IMG/VR virus record: IMGVR_UViG_3300035698_020047
Coordinates: 18,081 to 82,080 of that record
Reading direction: 5' to 3' (one strand)
DNA from: a virus
Length of the DNA: 64,000 nt
The notes under the pieces are model-generated. The model did not search any database and was not told the origin of the DNA. It was given only the letters and a program-made list of their open reading frames with translations. Both the position numbers and the translations under genes were made by a program. Of the stretch, positions 30,051 to 40,328 are shown piece by piece (position 1 is the first letter of the stretch; each line of letters opens with the position of its first letter).

Positions 30051-31892
30051 ATGAGCTGGCAATTATTTGATAGAATTAGGGCGTTAACCAAGAAGGCTGG
30101 GATATATCAGCAGGAACGGTTATTTCAGGATCAGTCCTCGCTTGATCGAATCATGGCTGGTGGGGAGCTACTAGACTTTAGTCAACAGCAAGCTCTCTTA
30201 GACCAGACTAACCTTCAGATCAACCGCCTCGAGCGGTATAAGGATTATGACCAGATGGACGAGACCGGCGAAATGTCGCTGGCTCTGGATTTATATGCCG
30301 ATGAATCGAGTCTGGTCGATCCTGAACGTAAGCATACGATCATTATTAAGGCAGAATCTAGGGTTGTAAAAGAAGAACTCGAGGAGTTGTTCTTCAACCA
30401 GCTTCTGATTGACAATAATATACGCCCAATGGTGCGGTACCTGTGCAAGTATGGGGACGCACCGTTTGAGATGATACCAACAGTCGAGCGTGATGGAGTT
30501 GCGGCGCTGCGGTTCGTGAATGTGTATAATTTCACACGTATCGAGACGAAGCACGGCGACTTAGTTGGATTCTTCCACCAAGATGAAGTAATGGAAGAGC
30601 CGCAATTCATACACCCGTGGCAGCTGATGCACCTACGGCTTACTGACTACGGCAACATTTATCACCCCTACGGTAGATCGATTATGGAAGGTGGTAGGAA
30701 AGCGTTCAAGCAGCTGAGGCTGATGGAAGACGCCGCGCTGATTTATAGGATTACTAGGGCTCCGGAAAAACGAATCTTTAAGATTCCGATTGGCAACATC
30801 CCAGCCAAGGATGTACCAGAATTCATGCAGGGGATAGCCAGAATATTCAAGCAGCAACGGTTCTATGACCCGCGTACTGGTAAATTCAACGAGCGGTTTT
30901 CGCCGCTTATTCAAGAAGATGACTTCTTCCTTCCGGTTCGCCCGGATGGTACCAGCCCAGATATCAGCACGCTGCCTGGGGCGGAGAATCTGGACCAAAT
31001 AGCCGACATTGAATACTTTAAGAAGAAGATGATAGCCCCGACTAAGATACCATTTAAACGCGTTGGTATAGGCGAGGGCTCCGGCGAAGAACAGGAGAAG
31101 TCACTATCTTCCGGCGATGCACAATTTGCAAAAGCTGTACAGTGGGTGCAGCGCGAGGTCTCCGTTGGTTTAACTAAAGTGGCGATTTGCCATTTGGCGA
31201 TGGCTGGATATAGCATAGATGATCTTAAAGGTTTCGAGATTGGTATGACTGCGTCTAGTGCTATTGACGAATTGTATCGGATGGAGACATGGGGAGGACG
31301 AACATCAGTTATGGGTGACCTCAAGGACCTTGGATGGTTCCCGAGAGAGTGGATCGTTACGAGATTCACCGATCTTAGCCCTGATGAAATTGAGGAGCTG
31401 TCTGACCTTATGTCGAAAGAGACTGAATTCCCAGACCTTGAGGGTGGCGGTGGTGGCGGAGGTGGCTTACCTGGTTTGGGCGGGGGCGAGGAACTGCCTG
31501 GTATGGAGGGCGAAGGTGATATGGAGGGCGGCCCTGAAGGCGGCGGTGGCCCTGAAGATCTTGAAGCTCTTGCGGCTGGTGGTGGCGCAGAAGAAGGTGG
31601 CTTGCCGGGCGTTGGTGAACGCCACGATCGTCGCTATAAACAGGTCATCACAGAGATGCGTCGGCAGCGGCAGCTGGAGAAGGTTCGTAAATTCATAAAA
31701 CGCACTGATGAGCGTGCAAACAAGCCCAAGACCTGTCTTTATGATAACCTAATGACCAACAATGAATTAGATGGTCTTAGAAAGGGAACGGGCGGGGACG
31801 AAAGCAACGGGGAACTCCTAATTGAATGCACTATAGATGATGACGTTAGAAGCGAAGTAGTGCATGAGTATTCTAGTATACTTAAGAATTAA
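30051..31892 (+). CDS. Portal protein (T4 gp20-like)
   Basis: KQLRLMEDA.LIYRI.RAPEKR.F.I..GN, EDDFFLP.R, I.TLPG, DIEYF.KK. Confidence 0.95.
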   Translation: MSWQLFDRIRALTKKAGIYQQERLFQDQSSLDRIMAGGELLDFSQQQALLDQTNLQINRLERYKDYDQMDETGEMSLALDLYADESSLVDPERKHTIIIKAESRVVKEELEELFFNQLLIDNNIRPMVRYLCKYGDAPFEMIPTVERDGVAALRFVNVYNFTRIETKHGDLVGFFHQDEVMEEPQFIHPWQLMHLRLTDYGNIYHPYGRSIMEGGRKAFKQLRLMEDAALIYRITRAPEKRIFKIPIGNIPAKDVPEFMQGIARIFKQQRFYDPRTGKFNERFSPLIQEDDFFLPVRPDGTSPDISTLPGAENLDQIADIEYFKKKMIAPTKIPFKRVGIGEGSGEEQEKSLSSGDAQFAKAVQWVQREVSVGLTKVAICHLAMAGYSIDDLKGFEIGMTASSAIDELYRMETWGGRTSVMGDLKDLGWFPREWIVTRFTDLSPDEIEELSDLMSKETEFPDLEGGGGGGGGLPGLGGGEELPGMEGEGDMEGGPEGGGGPEDLEALAAGGGAEEGGLPGVGERHDRRYKQVITEMRRQRQLEKVRKFIKRTDERANKPKTCLYDNLMTNNELDGLRKGTGGDESNGELLIECTIDDDVRSEVVHEYSSILKN

Positions 31893-31919
31893 TAGATGAT
31901 AGATTTAATAATATCTATT

Positions 31920-31927
31920 CAAATATA
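31920..31927 (+). promoter_or_regulatory. Candidate late promoter CAAATATA
   Basis: Recurrent intergenic octamer. Confidence 0.55.
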
Positions 31928-31961
31928 GCTTATAGTAAATTAACCATGACTGGAGCACATT

Positions 31962-34826
31962 ATGGCCAACGGAAAACAGGAATCAAAGACGCCCGTCATC
32001 AAAGAGAAGGTGGCAATGGACGCTCGAAAATTCTTGTCCGCCATCAACGGCTCTGCTCAGGCACAGATAGCATTCTATGAGGATGCCGTTCGACGCTTGG
32101 GTGGACAAAGCGGGCAAGACTGGGAATTGACGGCACTTCAAGGTAGTAGGATTATCTTCGAGAACGTCGCCGACAATACGTTTATGATCGCTGACCACTC
32201 ACGTGAGAAAGGCGGTCGCGTCAAGATCTCCAATATCCGTAGGATAGAGCTGCACGAAGACAAAAAGCCTGAGCTGTTTGAGCAGGCATGCTTGTCGCTC
32301 GTCGAAGCGATTGAAGGCGGCGACGTTAAGGTCATGGATGCTGCATTCAACAAGGTTGCTGCATCTAGATTCCGCTCCACAACTATCCCGCCCAATGGCA
32401 TTGTTAAAACTAAAGACGGCATGGTTCGATGTGTGGCTGTCGAGGGCGCGAAAAGCCTCGGCGAACGCATAGTTGATCAATTGTCAGATAAGTATACCAT
32501 CGACGAGAGCGGCAACATCGAAGCCTCGTTCGTCGAGAAGGATGACGGGAATTGGGACTTTGGCGTGTCCGAGCTTACTACGCGTAGGCTAGTGGCTAAG
32601 AATATGCTAGAGGTAGCCTCCAACGCGTATAGAAGCCCTAACTTCCAGACAATGATTGAAGCTGTTGGCGGCTTAATTTGCAAGGATCGTATCGAAGAGG
32701 CTATTAAGTTCTCCTCAAAATTCCTGCGTGAGAATCAAGAATTCTGCTTACTAAATAAGGCACGTTGGGCTGATTTGGTTGGCGACGCTCTGGCGGCTAA
32801 ACTCCACTTCAATGAAAACCTCATTGAAGATGTTGCCACCTTGATGTTTAAGACGAACCTTAAAGTCAACCGCGACGAATTGGTCGATGCTTGGCGCAAG
32901 ACCGCCGAGAGAGCAGGCCATCCGGTTATGCTCGAAAACGTCGATAATCTGACGCAGGCCGATGACTTTGAAGAAGCATATGAAGAATTCTTGGGGACCA
33001 TTATAGAAGCGACTGGCGAGACGACACGAGGTGCGTTGCTTGCCGGTTTAGAACTTCTGCAGCAGAAGGTTGCCAGCGGCGACGTTGATGACCCGACTTC
33101 TGAAGAGCTCGAAGGAGCAATCTCCAACCTCCGAGACAAGGGCGACTCCGCCTCTATCTGGGAAGCTATGGAAATTCTTGACAGCGTCAGGCGACATACC
33201 GATAAGATGCAGGGCCTTGATGATTTCGACCAGATGCCTGGCCCGGGATCAGATAGCGAAATCCCAGAAGGCGAAGAAGATATGGGCGGCTTGGGCGGCG
33301 GTTTGGACGTTGGGGCCGATGCTGGTGGCAGCGATAAACCGCTTGAAATCACCATTGCGATGGATCCGGCTAAAATGGCCGCAAGTGCAGCCGCTGAAGC
33401 CGAGCCTGAAGCTGATTTAGGCCTTGGCGAAGAAGGCGAAGAGGGCGGCGAGGATTTTAATCTGTCGTCTCTTGAAGATATCGACCTTGAAGGTGAAGAA
33501 GAAGGCCTGAAGGGCGGCGAGGAAGAAGGCGGCGAAGAAGATGAATTAGCTGCATTAGCCGCAGGCCGCGAAAATGACGCTGAGCCTATTTCCGAAGACC
33601 AGAAACTTGCCAACGAATTCCTGTCGATCGAAGGAATTGAGGGTGAGATTTCTGAGAGTGGTAAGCCTTGGGAAGATGATGAAGACGATGACGACGACAA
33701 AGATGACAAAGATGGCGGCGACGATGATGATGACGAGAAAAAGGTTGATGAAGGTAAAGACAAAATAGAAACTGATGATGGTACGATTCAGGTTTCGAGG
33801 AAGTCGGTTAAATGCAAGAAGTGCAAGAAGCCTAAAGGTCGCGGCGAAGGAACATGCGACTGCCCGGCCAGCGAAGGAGTCGAAGAGGACGACGCATACA
33901 CCCTTCCAGAAGACATAGAATTGGAAGGCATCGAAATTGACTCGGAATATTCGACCCTAATCGAGACAAATGATGCTTCTGATGTTGACCTCGCTACTTT
34001 TGAGGACTTCCTTGGGAAGCAATCAGGCTGGAAGGGCGATGACGCTGATATCGCCGCTTTGGATGCTCAGGCTCAGGCCTTCGCCCGCACCCACTATGCA
34101 GAGCAGCTGCAGGGCGTTGATGAGGTGACAGCACAGACTAATGTTGAGAATCTGGCCGGTAGCCTTATTACTGGCCGCACTAAACTGCGGAGCGTGAAAC
34201 CTGGCGTAGAAGGCAAGGAAACTGACGAGGATGCCATCGAAGAGAATCAATTCAAGAGCCCACTCAGGCAGCTATCGAAACGCGGCTTGAAGAAGGCAGC
34301 CGTTGATGAATTGGTTAAAGAAGGTAAACTTTCGTGGGTAGAACGCAATAAAGAAGCAGTCCTTGGTGAGTTTAAAGGCGTTAAATTCGTAATTGACCAC
34401 AGTGAACAGCCGGTTGCGATATTGAGCCAAAATGGCAAAGTACAAGTAGACATTCCTGAAGGAATGGTGCCAGGTGCACTGTTCATAGCTGAAATTTCGG
34501 AAAAAGAAGCCGAAGCTGATGCTTTCGTGGAATGGCTTGATAGTATCATAGAATCGTTGCGCAGCGATGAAGGTGCGATAGATGAAAGTACAGTTGAACC
34601 CGAGGTTAAATCACTCGTAGACCAGGTTGCCGAGTCTATGGACGAAGAAGCAACTGAAGGTACTGAAGGTGAAATAGCTGAGGAATGCCCTGAACATCTG
34701 AAGGCGCACCAGTTTAAGAAGAAGGACGGCGGAGAAGAAACAAGCGATAAGCCCGAAGAGACAGAAGAGACAAGCGATAAGCCCGAAGAGACAGAAGAGA
34801 CAAAAGAGACAAGCGAAGAAGAATAA
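31962..34826 (+). CDS. Large acidic prohead core-like protein
   Basis: Between portal and protease; SD GGAG; many (I/L)xE sites, acidic stretches, C-terminal 30-bp repeat. Confidence 0.6.
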   Translation: MANGKQESKTPVIKEKVAMDARKFLSAINGSAQAQIAFYEDAVRRLGGQSGQDWELTALQGSRIIFENVADNTFMIADHSREKGGRVKISNIRRIELHEDKKPELFEQACLSLVEAIEGGDVKVMDAAFNKVAASRFRSTTIPPNGIVKTKDGMVRCVAVEGAKSLGERIVDQLSDKYTIDESGNIEASFVEKDDGNWDFGVSELTTRRLVAKNMLEVASNAYRSPNFQTMIEAVGGLICKDRIEEAIKFSSKFLRENQEFCLLNKARWADLVGDALAAKLHFNENLIEDVATLMFKTNLKVNRDELVDAWRKTAERAGHPVMLENVDNLTQADDFEEAYEEFLGTIIEATGETTRGALLAGLELLQQKVASGDVDDPTSEELEGAISNLRDKGDSASIWEAMEILDSVRRHTDKMQGLDDFDQMPGPGSDSEIPEGEEDMGGLGGGLDVGADAGGSDKPLEITIAMDPAKMAASAAAEAEPEADLGLGEEGEEGGEDFNLSSLEDIDLEGEEEGLKGGEEEGGEEDELAALAAGRENDAEPISEDQKLANEFLSIEGIEGEISESGKPWEDDEDDDDDKDDKDGGDDDDDEKKVDEGKDKIETDDGTIQVSRKSVKCKKCKKPKGRGEGTCDCPASEGVEEDDAYTLPEDIELEGIEIDSEYSTLIETNDASDVDLATFEDFLGKQSGWKGDDADIAALDAQAQAFARTHYAEQLQGVDEVTAQTNVENLAGSLITGRTKLRSVKPGVEGKETDEDAIEENQFKSPLRQLSKRGLKKAAVDELVKEGKLSWVERNKEAVLGEFKGVKFVIDHSEQPVAILSQNGKVQVDIPEGMVPGALFIAEISEKEAEADAFVEWLDSIIESLRSDEGAIDESTVEPEVKSLVDQVAESMDEEATEGTEGEIAEECPEHLKAHQFKKKDGGEETSDKPEETEETSDKPEETEETKETSEEE

Positions 34827-34850
34827 TAACATCCTAACTTCAAAACAAGC

Positions 34851-34880
34851 AAACGGCACGGACAATTGTCCGTGCCGTTT
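34851..34880. terminator. Perfect 30-bp palindrome / terminator hairpin
   Basis: AAACGGCACGGACAATTGTCCGTGCCGTTT equals its own reverse complement. Confidence 0.7.
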
Positions 34881-34892
34881 TGCTATATTGAG

Positions 34893-34900
34893 CAAATATA
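34893..34900 (+). promoter_or_regulatory. Candidate late promoter CAAATATA
   Basis: Recurrent octamer upstream of the protease SD. Confidence 0.55.
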
Positions 34901-34921
34901 ATATACAGATAGGAGTTAATT

Positions 34922-35629
34922 ATGCTTAAGACAATCAATTTCAACAGGGGCATCGTTGCCCAAACTGGCAATATTCCGCGTGGGGCACGATTCCTCCAGG
35001 AGACGTTCCCGCTTGAGATTAAGGATATTAAACAAGTAATATCTGAAGCTACAGGTACCAAGCAGAAAGTGCTCCGGATGACGGGCGTCTTTCAGAAGGG
35101 TAATGAATTAAACCAGAATGGTAGGGAATATTCGACCCCGATCCTTAAAGAAGCAGTTGGCACGATCCAAGAGGATTTGGGACGTCGCGTGGTAATGGGT
35201 GAATTCGACCATCCATCTGATGCCAAAATCCACCTGGAACGCGTGAGCCACCTTATTACTAAGGTTTGGATGGAAGGCAATTACGTATATGGCGAAGCTG
35301 AAGTCATCGAGGGCACGACACAGGGTAAGAATTTGGCTGCCCTACTGAAAGCCGGCGTTAAGGTCGGCATATCCTCACGCGGCGTTGGAGATATGGAAGT
35401 CGTCAATGAAGGTTCTGACGATGAGACATACGTCGTTCAACCTGGATATCGGTTTGTGACGTGGGATGTTGTTGGCGAGCCGTCAGTGCAGGAAGCCACG
35501 CTCTCTGTTATGGAGTCAATCCAGACTAGGAGAACGCGACGTAGTAATATTATCACTCGAGGCAATTTACGCCAGGCTGACCCTGAATACGCACTGTTAG
35601 AAGCGTTGAGACAAAAATTGTCGTCATAG
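34922..35629 (+). CDS. Prohead protease (T4 gp21-like)
   Basis: N.NGR.Y, GE.DHP, VSH, G.SSRG.G, D.V..PS. Confidence 0.95.
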   Translation: MLKTINFNRGIVAQTGNIPRGARFLQETFPLEIKDIKQVISEATGTKQKVLRMTGVFQKGNELNQNGREYSTPILKEAVGTIQEDLGRRVVMGEFDHPSDAKIHLERVSHLITKVWMEGNYVYGEAEVIEGTTQGKNLAALLKAGVKVGISSRGVGDMEVVNEGSDDETYVVQPGYRFVTWDVVGEPSVQEATLSVMESIQTRRTRRSNIITRGNLRQADPEYALLEALRQKLSS

Positions 35630-35647
35630 GACCGGCGATATAGTGAG

Positions 35648-35680
35648 TAAGGGGCTTACGTCATTGTAAGCCCCTTATTT
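35648..35680. terminator. Bidirectional intrinsic terminator
   Basis: TAAGGGGCTTAC-GTCATT-GTAAGCCCCTTA between convergent genes. Confidence 0.75.
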
Positions 35681-35684
35681 GTAT

Positions 35685-36008
35685 CTATTCGGTTTCTTTG
35701 ATGATTTGCCGTGCTAAAGCTTTCCCGACGATTTTCCCGGCGTAGTTTGGATGCTCCCAGTGTCTTAGGCTTTTGTTTCTGGCTATTTCCTTCTTATTTG
35801 GGGTCCAGCCTTTCTTCCCAGCACAAGATTTGCACACATATTTATCCCGTCCTCGTTTATGCTGCCGATATACAGCTTCGGCTGTAATTACCATCTCTTT
35901 GTAGCAGTTACTGCAGCTGACGCATACCTCGTTCTTCAGCAACACAGGGCTATCGTCATACACATCATGCACACCCATAGATTGTAAAATTGTCATAATC
36001 TTGTTCAT
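35685..36008 (-). CDS. Small zinc-binding protein (possible homing-endonuclease remnant)
   Basis: CxxC..CxxC followed by a basic W..P.Y segment. Confidence 0.45.
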   Translation of the reverse strand: MNKIMTILQSMGVHDVYDDSPVLLKNEVCVSCSNCYKEMVITAEAVYRQHKRGRDKYVCKSCAGKKGWTPNKKEIARNKSLRHWEHPNYAGKIVGKALARQIIKETE

Positions 36009-36087
36009 GTGTTTCTCGTTCAAATATAAATACGAATAGTGGATCAATGTCATCCATTCAAATATTTAAGTACATAGGAGTACGAAC

Positions 36088-36465
36088 ATGGCAAGCAATC
36101 GTAAGGGCAAAGGAACTTTGCAAGGCTTTGGGGCTACGACCACTAGTGGTCAAGCTAACCTCGCTGAAACTCTCAAGCAGATCGGCCAGATCATTGGCAG
36201 CAAGGGCGTTCGTCCTGTAGGCGGCAATGTCACTGGCGTTACTGGTAAAGGCAGTGGTGGCGGCGGTAGTGCCGGTAGTGGCACCGGTCAAGATATTAAG
36301 CTTAAACCAATCGCAGGCGGCAAGGGTATTGTCGGTTCTGGTGGTGGCGGCGGTGGTAAGGGCTCCATGCCGACTGATGGCAACCCATCCACATTAACTA
36401 CTGGTGAGCTTGGAGCTATGGGCAAATCCGGTCTTGGTACGAAGAATGTTCGAGATATGCCTTAA
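36088..36465 (+). CDS. Gly/Lys-rich small head-region protein
   Basis: SD AGGAG; preceded by CAAATATA (36021) and CAAATATT (36059). Confidence 0.6.
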   Translation: MASNRKGKGTLQGFGATTTSGQANLAETLKQIGQIIGSKGVRPVGGNVTGVTGKGSGGGGSAGSGTGQDIKLKPIAGGKGIVGSGGGGGGKGSMPTDGNPSTLTTGELGAMGKSGLGTKNVRDMP

Positions 36466-36532
36466 TTGTAGCAATTAGGAATGCATAATTAAGAATAGGA
36501 CTTCTACTCAAAAATAAGATTGGAGACTTAAG

Positions 36533-37330
36533 ATGGACAAGATTAAGGCATTATTGGAACAACTTGGTGGATCCAAGGAGCTGGTAGTACAGATCGTAGA
36601 GTCTCTCGATCAGTTTAAATCACAAACTGAGAAGACGATCAAAGAAGCTTATCAGCAACGACTCGTGCAAGCTAAAGAGGCTTGCATGGAAGAAGTAAAC
36701 ACTTATAAACGCGGTTTAGCGCGTAAGACGCAAATCTTCTTTGAAGCCAAGGTAGAGAAGATTGAACAGCAAATTGCAAAGCAAGTGGCAATTAAGGATT
36801 CTGCCGCCGAAACTAAACTTCAAGCCATCGTGGGAATGCTCGAGGGCGTTGAAGTGAATAGTGAAGGCAAGAATGGCGACATCCAAGCCGCGCAAAAGCA
36901 ACTCAAGGAGCTGCAGGAAGAACTTCGCAAGACGAAGGCCGCGAATACGGCTATTGCGGAGAAGGCGGAGCGAGCTCACTCAGTCGCCGAGCGAACCTTG
37001 GAACGGAATAGAGTTCTTTCAACTGAACTGGTCGAAGCCAGCCAGAAGCCTCCGTGCCCGAAGTGCAAATGCAAGCCTTGTGAATGCAAGCCTTGCAAGA
37101 CTTGCAAAAAGTCGCCGTGCACCTGTAAGGGTACTAAGTCCGAAGGCAAGAAGAAAGGCAAGAAGGCCATCTCAGAAGGTCGTAAAAGAAAGGGCAAAAC
37201 CGTTACTGCCCGAAAGGCAAGCCAAGGTCAGATCGCTAGGACCAAGAGTAAGCCAGCCAATGCTGCTCCCGAAACGCGATCCATGGACGGATTCTCGCCT
37301 GGTGGAATCGCAGAAGGAATGGACGAATAA
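36533..37330 (+). CDS. Prohead scaffold protein (gp22-like position)
   Basis: Coiled-coil protein directly upstream of MCP; Cys/Lys-rich insert. Confidence 0.65.
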   Translation: MDKIKALLEQLGGSKELVVQIVESLDQFKSQTEKTIKEAYQQRLVQAKEACMEEVNTYKRGLARKTQIFFEAKVEKIEQQIAKQVAIKDSAAETKLQAIVGMLEGVEVNSEGKNGDIQAAQKQLKELQEELRKTKAANTAIAEKAERAHSVAERTLERNRVLSTELVEASQKPPCPKCKCKPCECKPCKTCKKSPCTCKGTKSEGKKKGKKAISEGRKRKGKTVTARKASQGQIARTKSKPANAAPETRSMDGFSPGGIAEGMDE

Positions 37331-37367
37331 ACTTGAGTTGTTAACTTAGTCCGAGGAGACTACTATT

Positions 37368-38912
37368 ATGGGTAACCATGTTAAGACACTTACGGAAGAC
37401 AAAGACCCCCACGCACAAGCAGTTCTGACGGAAGGGCGCAAGAATCAAGATGTAAAGCGATGGGCACCTGTCCTGTCGAAGTGCAAAGAGATTCCGCGCA
37501 AGAAGTTGGGCCTGATGGCTTCGCTGCTTGAAAACCAGCACAAAGCCTGGGACCCGAAGAGCAGAACAGTTCTGTTTGAAGATATCACCACGACCGGTAA
37601 CGTGGCTGATTTCACTCGTTTCGCATTACCGCTTATCCGCAAGAGCTATGCTCGCCTTATCGCGGATAACCTCGTTGGCGTTCAGCCGATGAGTCAGCCA
37701 GCTAGCCTGATTTTCTACATCAGGTATCGTTACGCCCTGTCGAAGGGTCAGACGGTTGCTGGAACGCAGATCATGCGTCAAAATACCAGCCAGGCATTTG
37801 CCAAGCAGAATGGCTGGGCACTCGACCCGTACTACAGCTCCCAGATGGTCCGCGATGAGGACCTGACAGAAGCTCCGACGTCTGATGGTATCACGATTAC
37901 TGGTACTCTTCAGCATCGTCCGATTCTGGCTGGTACAGTTGTAGTTAACCTGTTCGAAGCTGACCAGGTCAATCAGGATTGTGATAACGCAGTCCCGCTA
38001 TGTCAGGTCACGTTCGACGCTGCTGGTGCAGTTGACATCGTCATCTGCCGCGACGATACCGATATTACTTCGGGCTTCGCGGTTGACACCACCCTCAGCG
38101 AGTTTGATAGCTCAGACGGTTCGGTTACCGTCGTTTTCACCGGTGCTCCCCCTGCCGGTGCATTCGCAAGAGCCAACTACGAGTACGACCTGGAAGCCAA
38201 CCCCTTCCAGCCTGAGCTAACCCTCAGCATCGACAGCGACTCCGTTGCTGCCGTTACTCGTAAGCTGAAGACCTCCTGGTCCCTGGAAGCCGCTCAGGAC
38301 TTGAAAGCGGTTCATAACATCGACGCCGAGTCTACCCTAACTGACTTGATGGCCGATGAAATGGTTGCAGAAATCGATCGTGAAATCATAAATGATTTGA
38401 TTATCGCTGCTGCAATCCGTGCAACGCACAACTTTGCAACGGCTGCTGGTGCTTCGGTCAACTTCACTGACCGCAACATCGCACTGCTCTACAAGGTGCT
38501 TGAAGTCGCGAACATCATCCACCGCACCACACTCCGTGGCCCGGCGAACTGGATGGTCACCTCGGCCGATATTAGCTCCAAGTTCGAGCAGCTGAATGAT
38601 TTCCGTGGTTCGGATGCGTTTGTCGACGAAGGTCTCGACATCGGCATCATGAATGCTGGAACCATTCAGGGCAAGATGCACCTGTACAAGGATCCGCTAT
38701 TCCCGAATTGCAAGATCCTGCTGGGCTACAAGGGTAACTCCGTCCTGGACGCTGGTTACTTCTACGCTCCGTACATCCCGCTTCTTTCGACTCCTACCGT
38801 ACTTGATCCTAACTCCTTTACTCCGAACAAGGGAATTATGACACGTTACGGCAAGAAGATGATTGAAGATGGCGGCCTGTACTATGGCGTTATAAACGTG
38901 AGTAACTTGTAA
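37368..38912 (+). CDS. Major capsid protein (T4 gp23-like)
   Basis: LLENQ, VGVQPM, TRKLK..WS.E.AQDL, EIDREI, GYFYAPY.PL, P.KG.MTRYG. Confidence 0.97.
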   Translation: MGNHVKTLTEDKDPHAQAVLTEGRKNQDVKRWAPVLSKCKEIPRKKLGLMASLLENQHKAWDPKSRTVLFEDITTTGNVADFTRFALPLIRKSYARLIADNLVGVQPMSQPASLIFYIRYRYALSKGQTVAGTQIMRQNTSQAFAKQNGWALDPYYSSQMVRDEDLTEAPTSDGITITGTLQHRPILAGTVVVNLFEADQVNQDCDNAVPLCQVTFDAAGAVDIVICRDDTDITSGFAVDTTLSEFDSSDGSVTVVFTGAPPAGAFARANYEYDLEANPFQPELTLSIDSDSVAAVTRKLKTSWSLEAAQDLKAVHNIDAESTLTDLMADEMVAEIDREIINDLIIAAAIRATHNFATAAGASVNFTDRNIALLYKVLEVANIIHRTTLRGPANWMVTSADISSKFEQLNDFRGSDAFVDEGLDIGIMNAGTIQGKMHLYKDPLFPNCKILLGYKGNSVLDAGYFYAPYIPLLSTPTVLDPNSFTPNKGIMTRYGKKMIEDGGLYYGVINVSNL

Positions 38913-38951
38913 TAGAGTCTCTCGTCTTTAACCAGTAGTAAGCAGAAAATT

Positions 38952-38985
38952 AAGAGGCCCGGCAGGAATGTCGGGCTTCTTTTTT
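38952..38985 (+). terminator. Intrinsic terminator after MCP
   Basis: AAGAGGCCCGGCA-GGAA-TGTCGGGCTTCTT then T-run. Confidence 0.85.
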
Positions 38986-39016
38986 GTATTTGTAGGGGAC
39001 AGAAGGAGTTATTAGT

Positions 39017-39697
39017 ATGGCAAACCTAAAGAAGCCTACCATATGTGAGTGCAACAGCACAGAATTCAAACACGAGTTCAGGCCAGAGAAGTGGGTATGT
39101 AAAGCATGCGACAAGGTTGGTGCCGAAAGACCACAACGCATAACTGGCGTGTGTCTCGATTGTGGTGCGAAGCGAGGTGAGAAACCCTTTGTTAAAAAGA
39201 AGAATTTATGTAAGGACTGTCTTGCAGCCAGGCAGTTAGTATACCGAGAGGAAAATGCTGATAAATTATTGGCATATCGTACAGAATATTTTAAGAATCT
39301 TGATAAGAAGGAACGATGGCAACGTGTTCGCAGGAGCATCCAGCGTAAGCCAGAATCATTCTTGCGTGACCAATTAACACATATCAAATCTCATTCGTTA
39401 CGGCCACGTAAACAAGATACTAAAGATCCGATTAAACGGGAGTATAATTTAGATATTGATTACGTAATGCAATTGTGGACCGCTCAGAATGGGATTTGTG
39501 CGTTGACTCATATTAAAATGACGCACGAATTCAATAATATGCGGTCCGTCTCTATCGACCGCATAGATTCGTCCAAAGGCCACATAAGGGGCAACATCCA
39601 GCTTATCTGTATGAGCATCAATCGCATGAAGAACAATCACACTCAGGCAGAGACTATGCAATTTGTAAGAGAGATACGTGAGCGTAATAACGATTAA
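39017..39697 (+). CDS. HNH-like endonuclease with N-terminal Zn fingers
   Basis: Multiple CxxC; Q.G.CALT, SIDRIDS.KGH..GN.QL.C...N.MKN. Confidence 0.7.
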   Translation: MANLKKPTICECNSTEFKHEFRPEKWVCKACDKVGAERPQRITGVCLDCGAKRGEKPFVKKKNLCKDCLAARQLVYREENADKLLAYRTEYFKNLDKKERWQRVRRSIQRKPESFLRDQLTHIKSHSLRPRKQDTKDPIKREYNLDIDYVMQLWTAQNGICALTHIKMTHEFNNMRSVSIDRIDSSKGHIRGNIQLICMSINRMKNNHTQAETMQFVREIRERNND

Positions 39698-39749
39698 ACT
39701 GTGTTGTGTATTCAAAAGCGTAACATCCAAAAATCTTTAGGAGAACATA

Positions 39750-40271
39750 GTGAATATTTTAGATTATATGATAGACGCGCCTGACTTCCCCACGCCTGGT
39801 GTGGTCTTCAAGGATATGGCACCTTTATTTAAGAGTATAGAAGCTCTCCGGTATATCACGAAAACGCTTGCTGACCCGTATCGTGAGAGTAACGTGGACC
39901 TTATAACCGGCATAGACGCACGTGGGTTCATCTTCGGAGCGATGTTAGCTGATGAACTCGGCGTTGGATTCGTCCCGATTCGGAAGCCTGGCAAACTACC
40001 TGGGAAGACCATATCTGAGAGCTACGCATTGGAATATGGAACGGATTCTATTGAAATTCAAGCAGATGTGATTACGCCAGGGCAGAGGATATTGATGTGC
40101 GACGATGTGCTTGCTACTGGTGGTACTATGGAAGCTGCTTGTAAGTTGGTAAGAGAATTGGGCGGCGAGATTGTCGCTGCCGTGTTTGTTATGGAAATTG
40201 ATTATCTCCCAGGTCGGGCGACGATAGAGGCGCTAGGTGTGGAAATCTGCAGCGTTGAGCATTTAAATTGA
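39750..40271 (+). CDS. apt: Adenine phosphoribosyltransferase
   Basis: PDFP.PGV.FKD, ARGFIFG, RKPGKLPG, Y.LEYG, DDVLATGGT. Confidence 0.95.
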   Translation: MNILDYMIDAPDFPTPGVVFKDMAPLFKSIEALRYITKTLADPYRESNVDLITGIDARGFIFGAMLADELGVGFVPIRKPGKLPGKTISESYALEYGTDSIEIQADVITPGQRILMCDDVLATGGTMEAACKLVRELGGEIVAAVFVMEIDYLPGRATIEALGVEICSVEHLN

Positions 40272-40328
40272 AAGTCGCGATTACTTTATTCTATTTTATT
40301 CTAAATACAATTCCTTTAGGAGACGAAA

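Noticed and set aside
27454-38912. Inteins or introns in terminase, portal or MCP
   Set aside because: No intein splice motifs or interrupted frames seen; sizes fit uninterrupted genes
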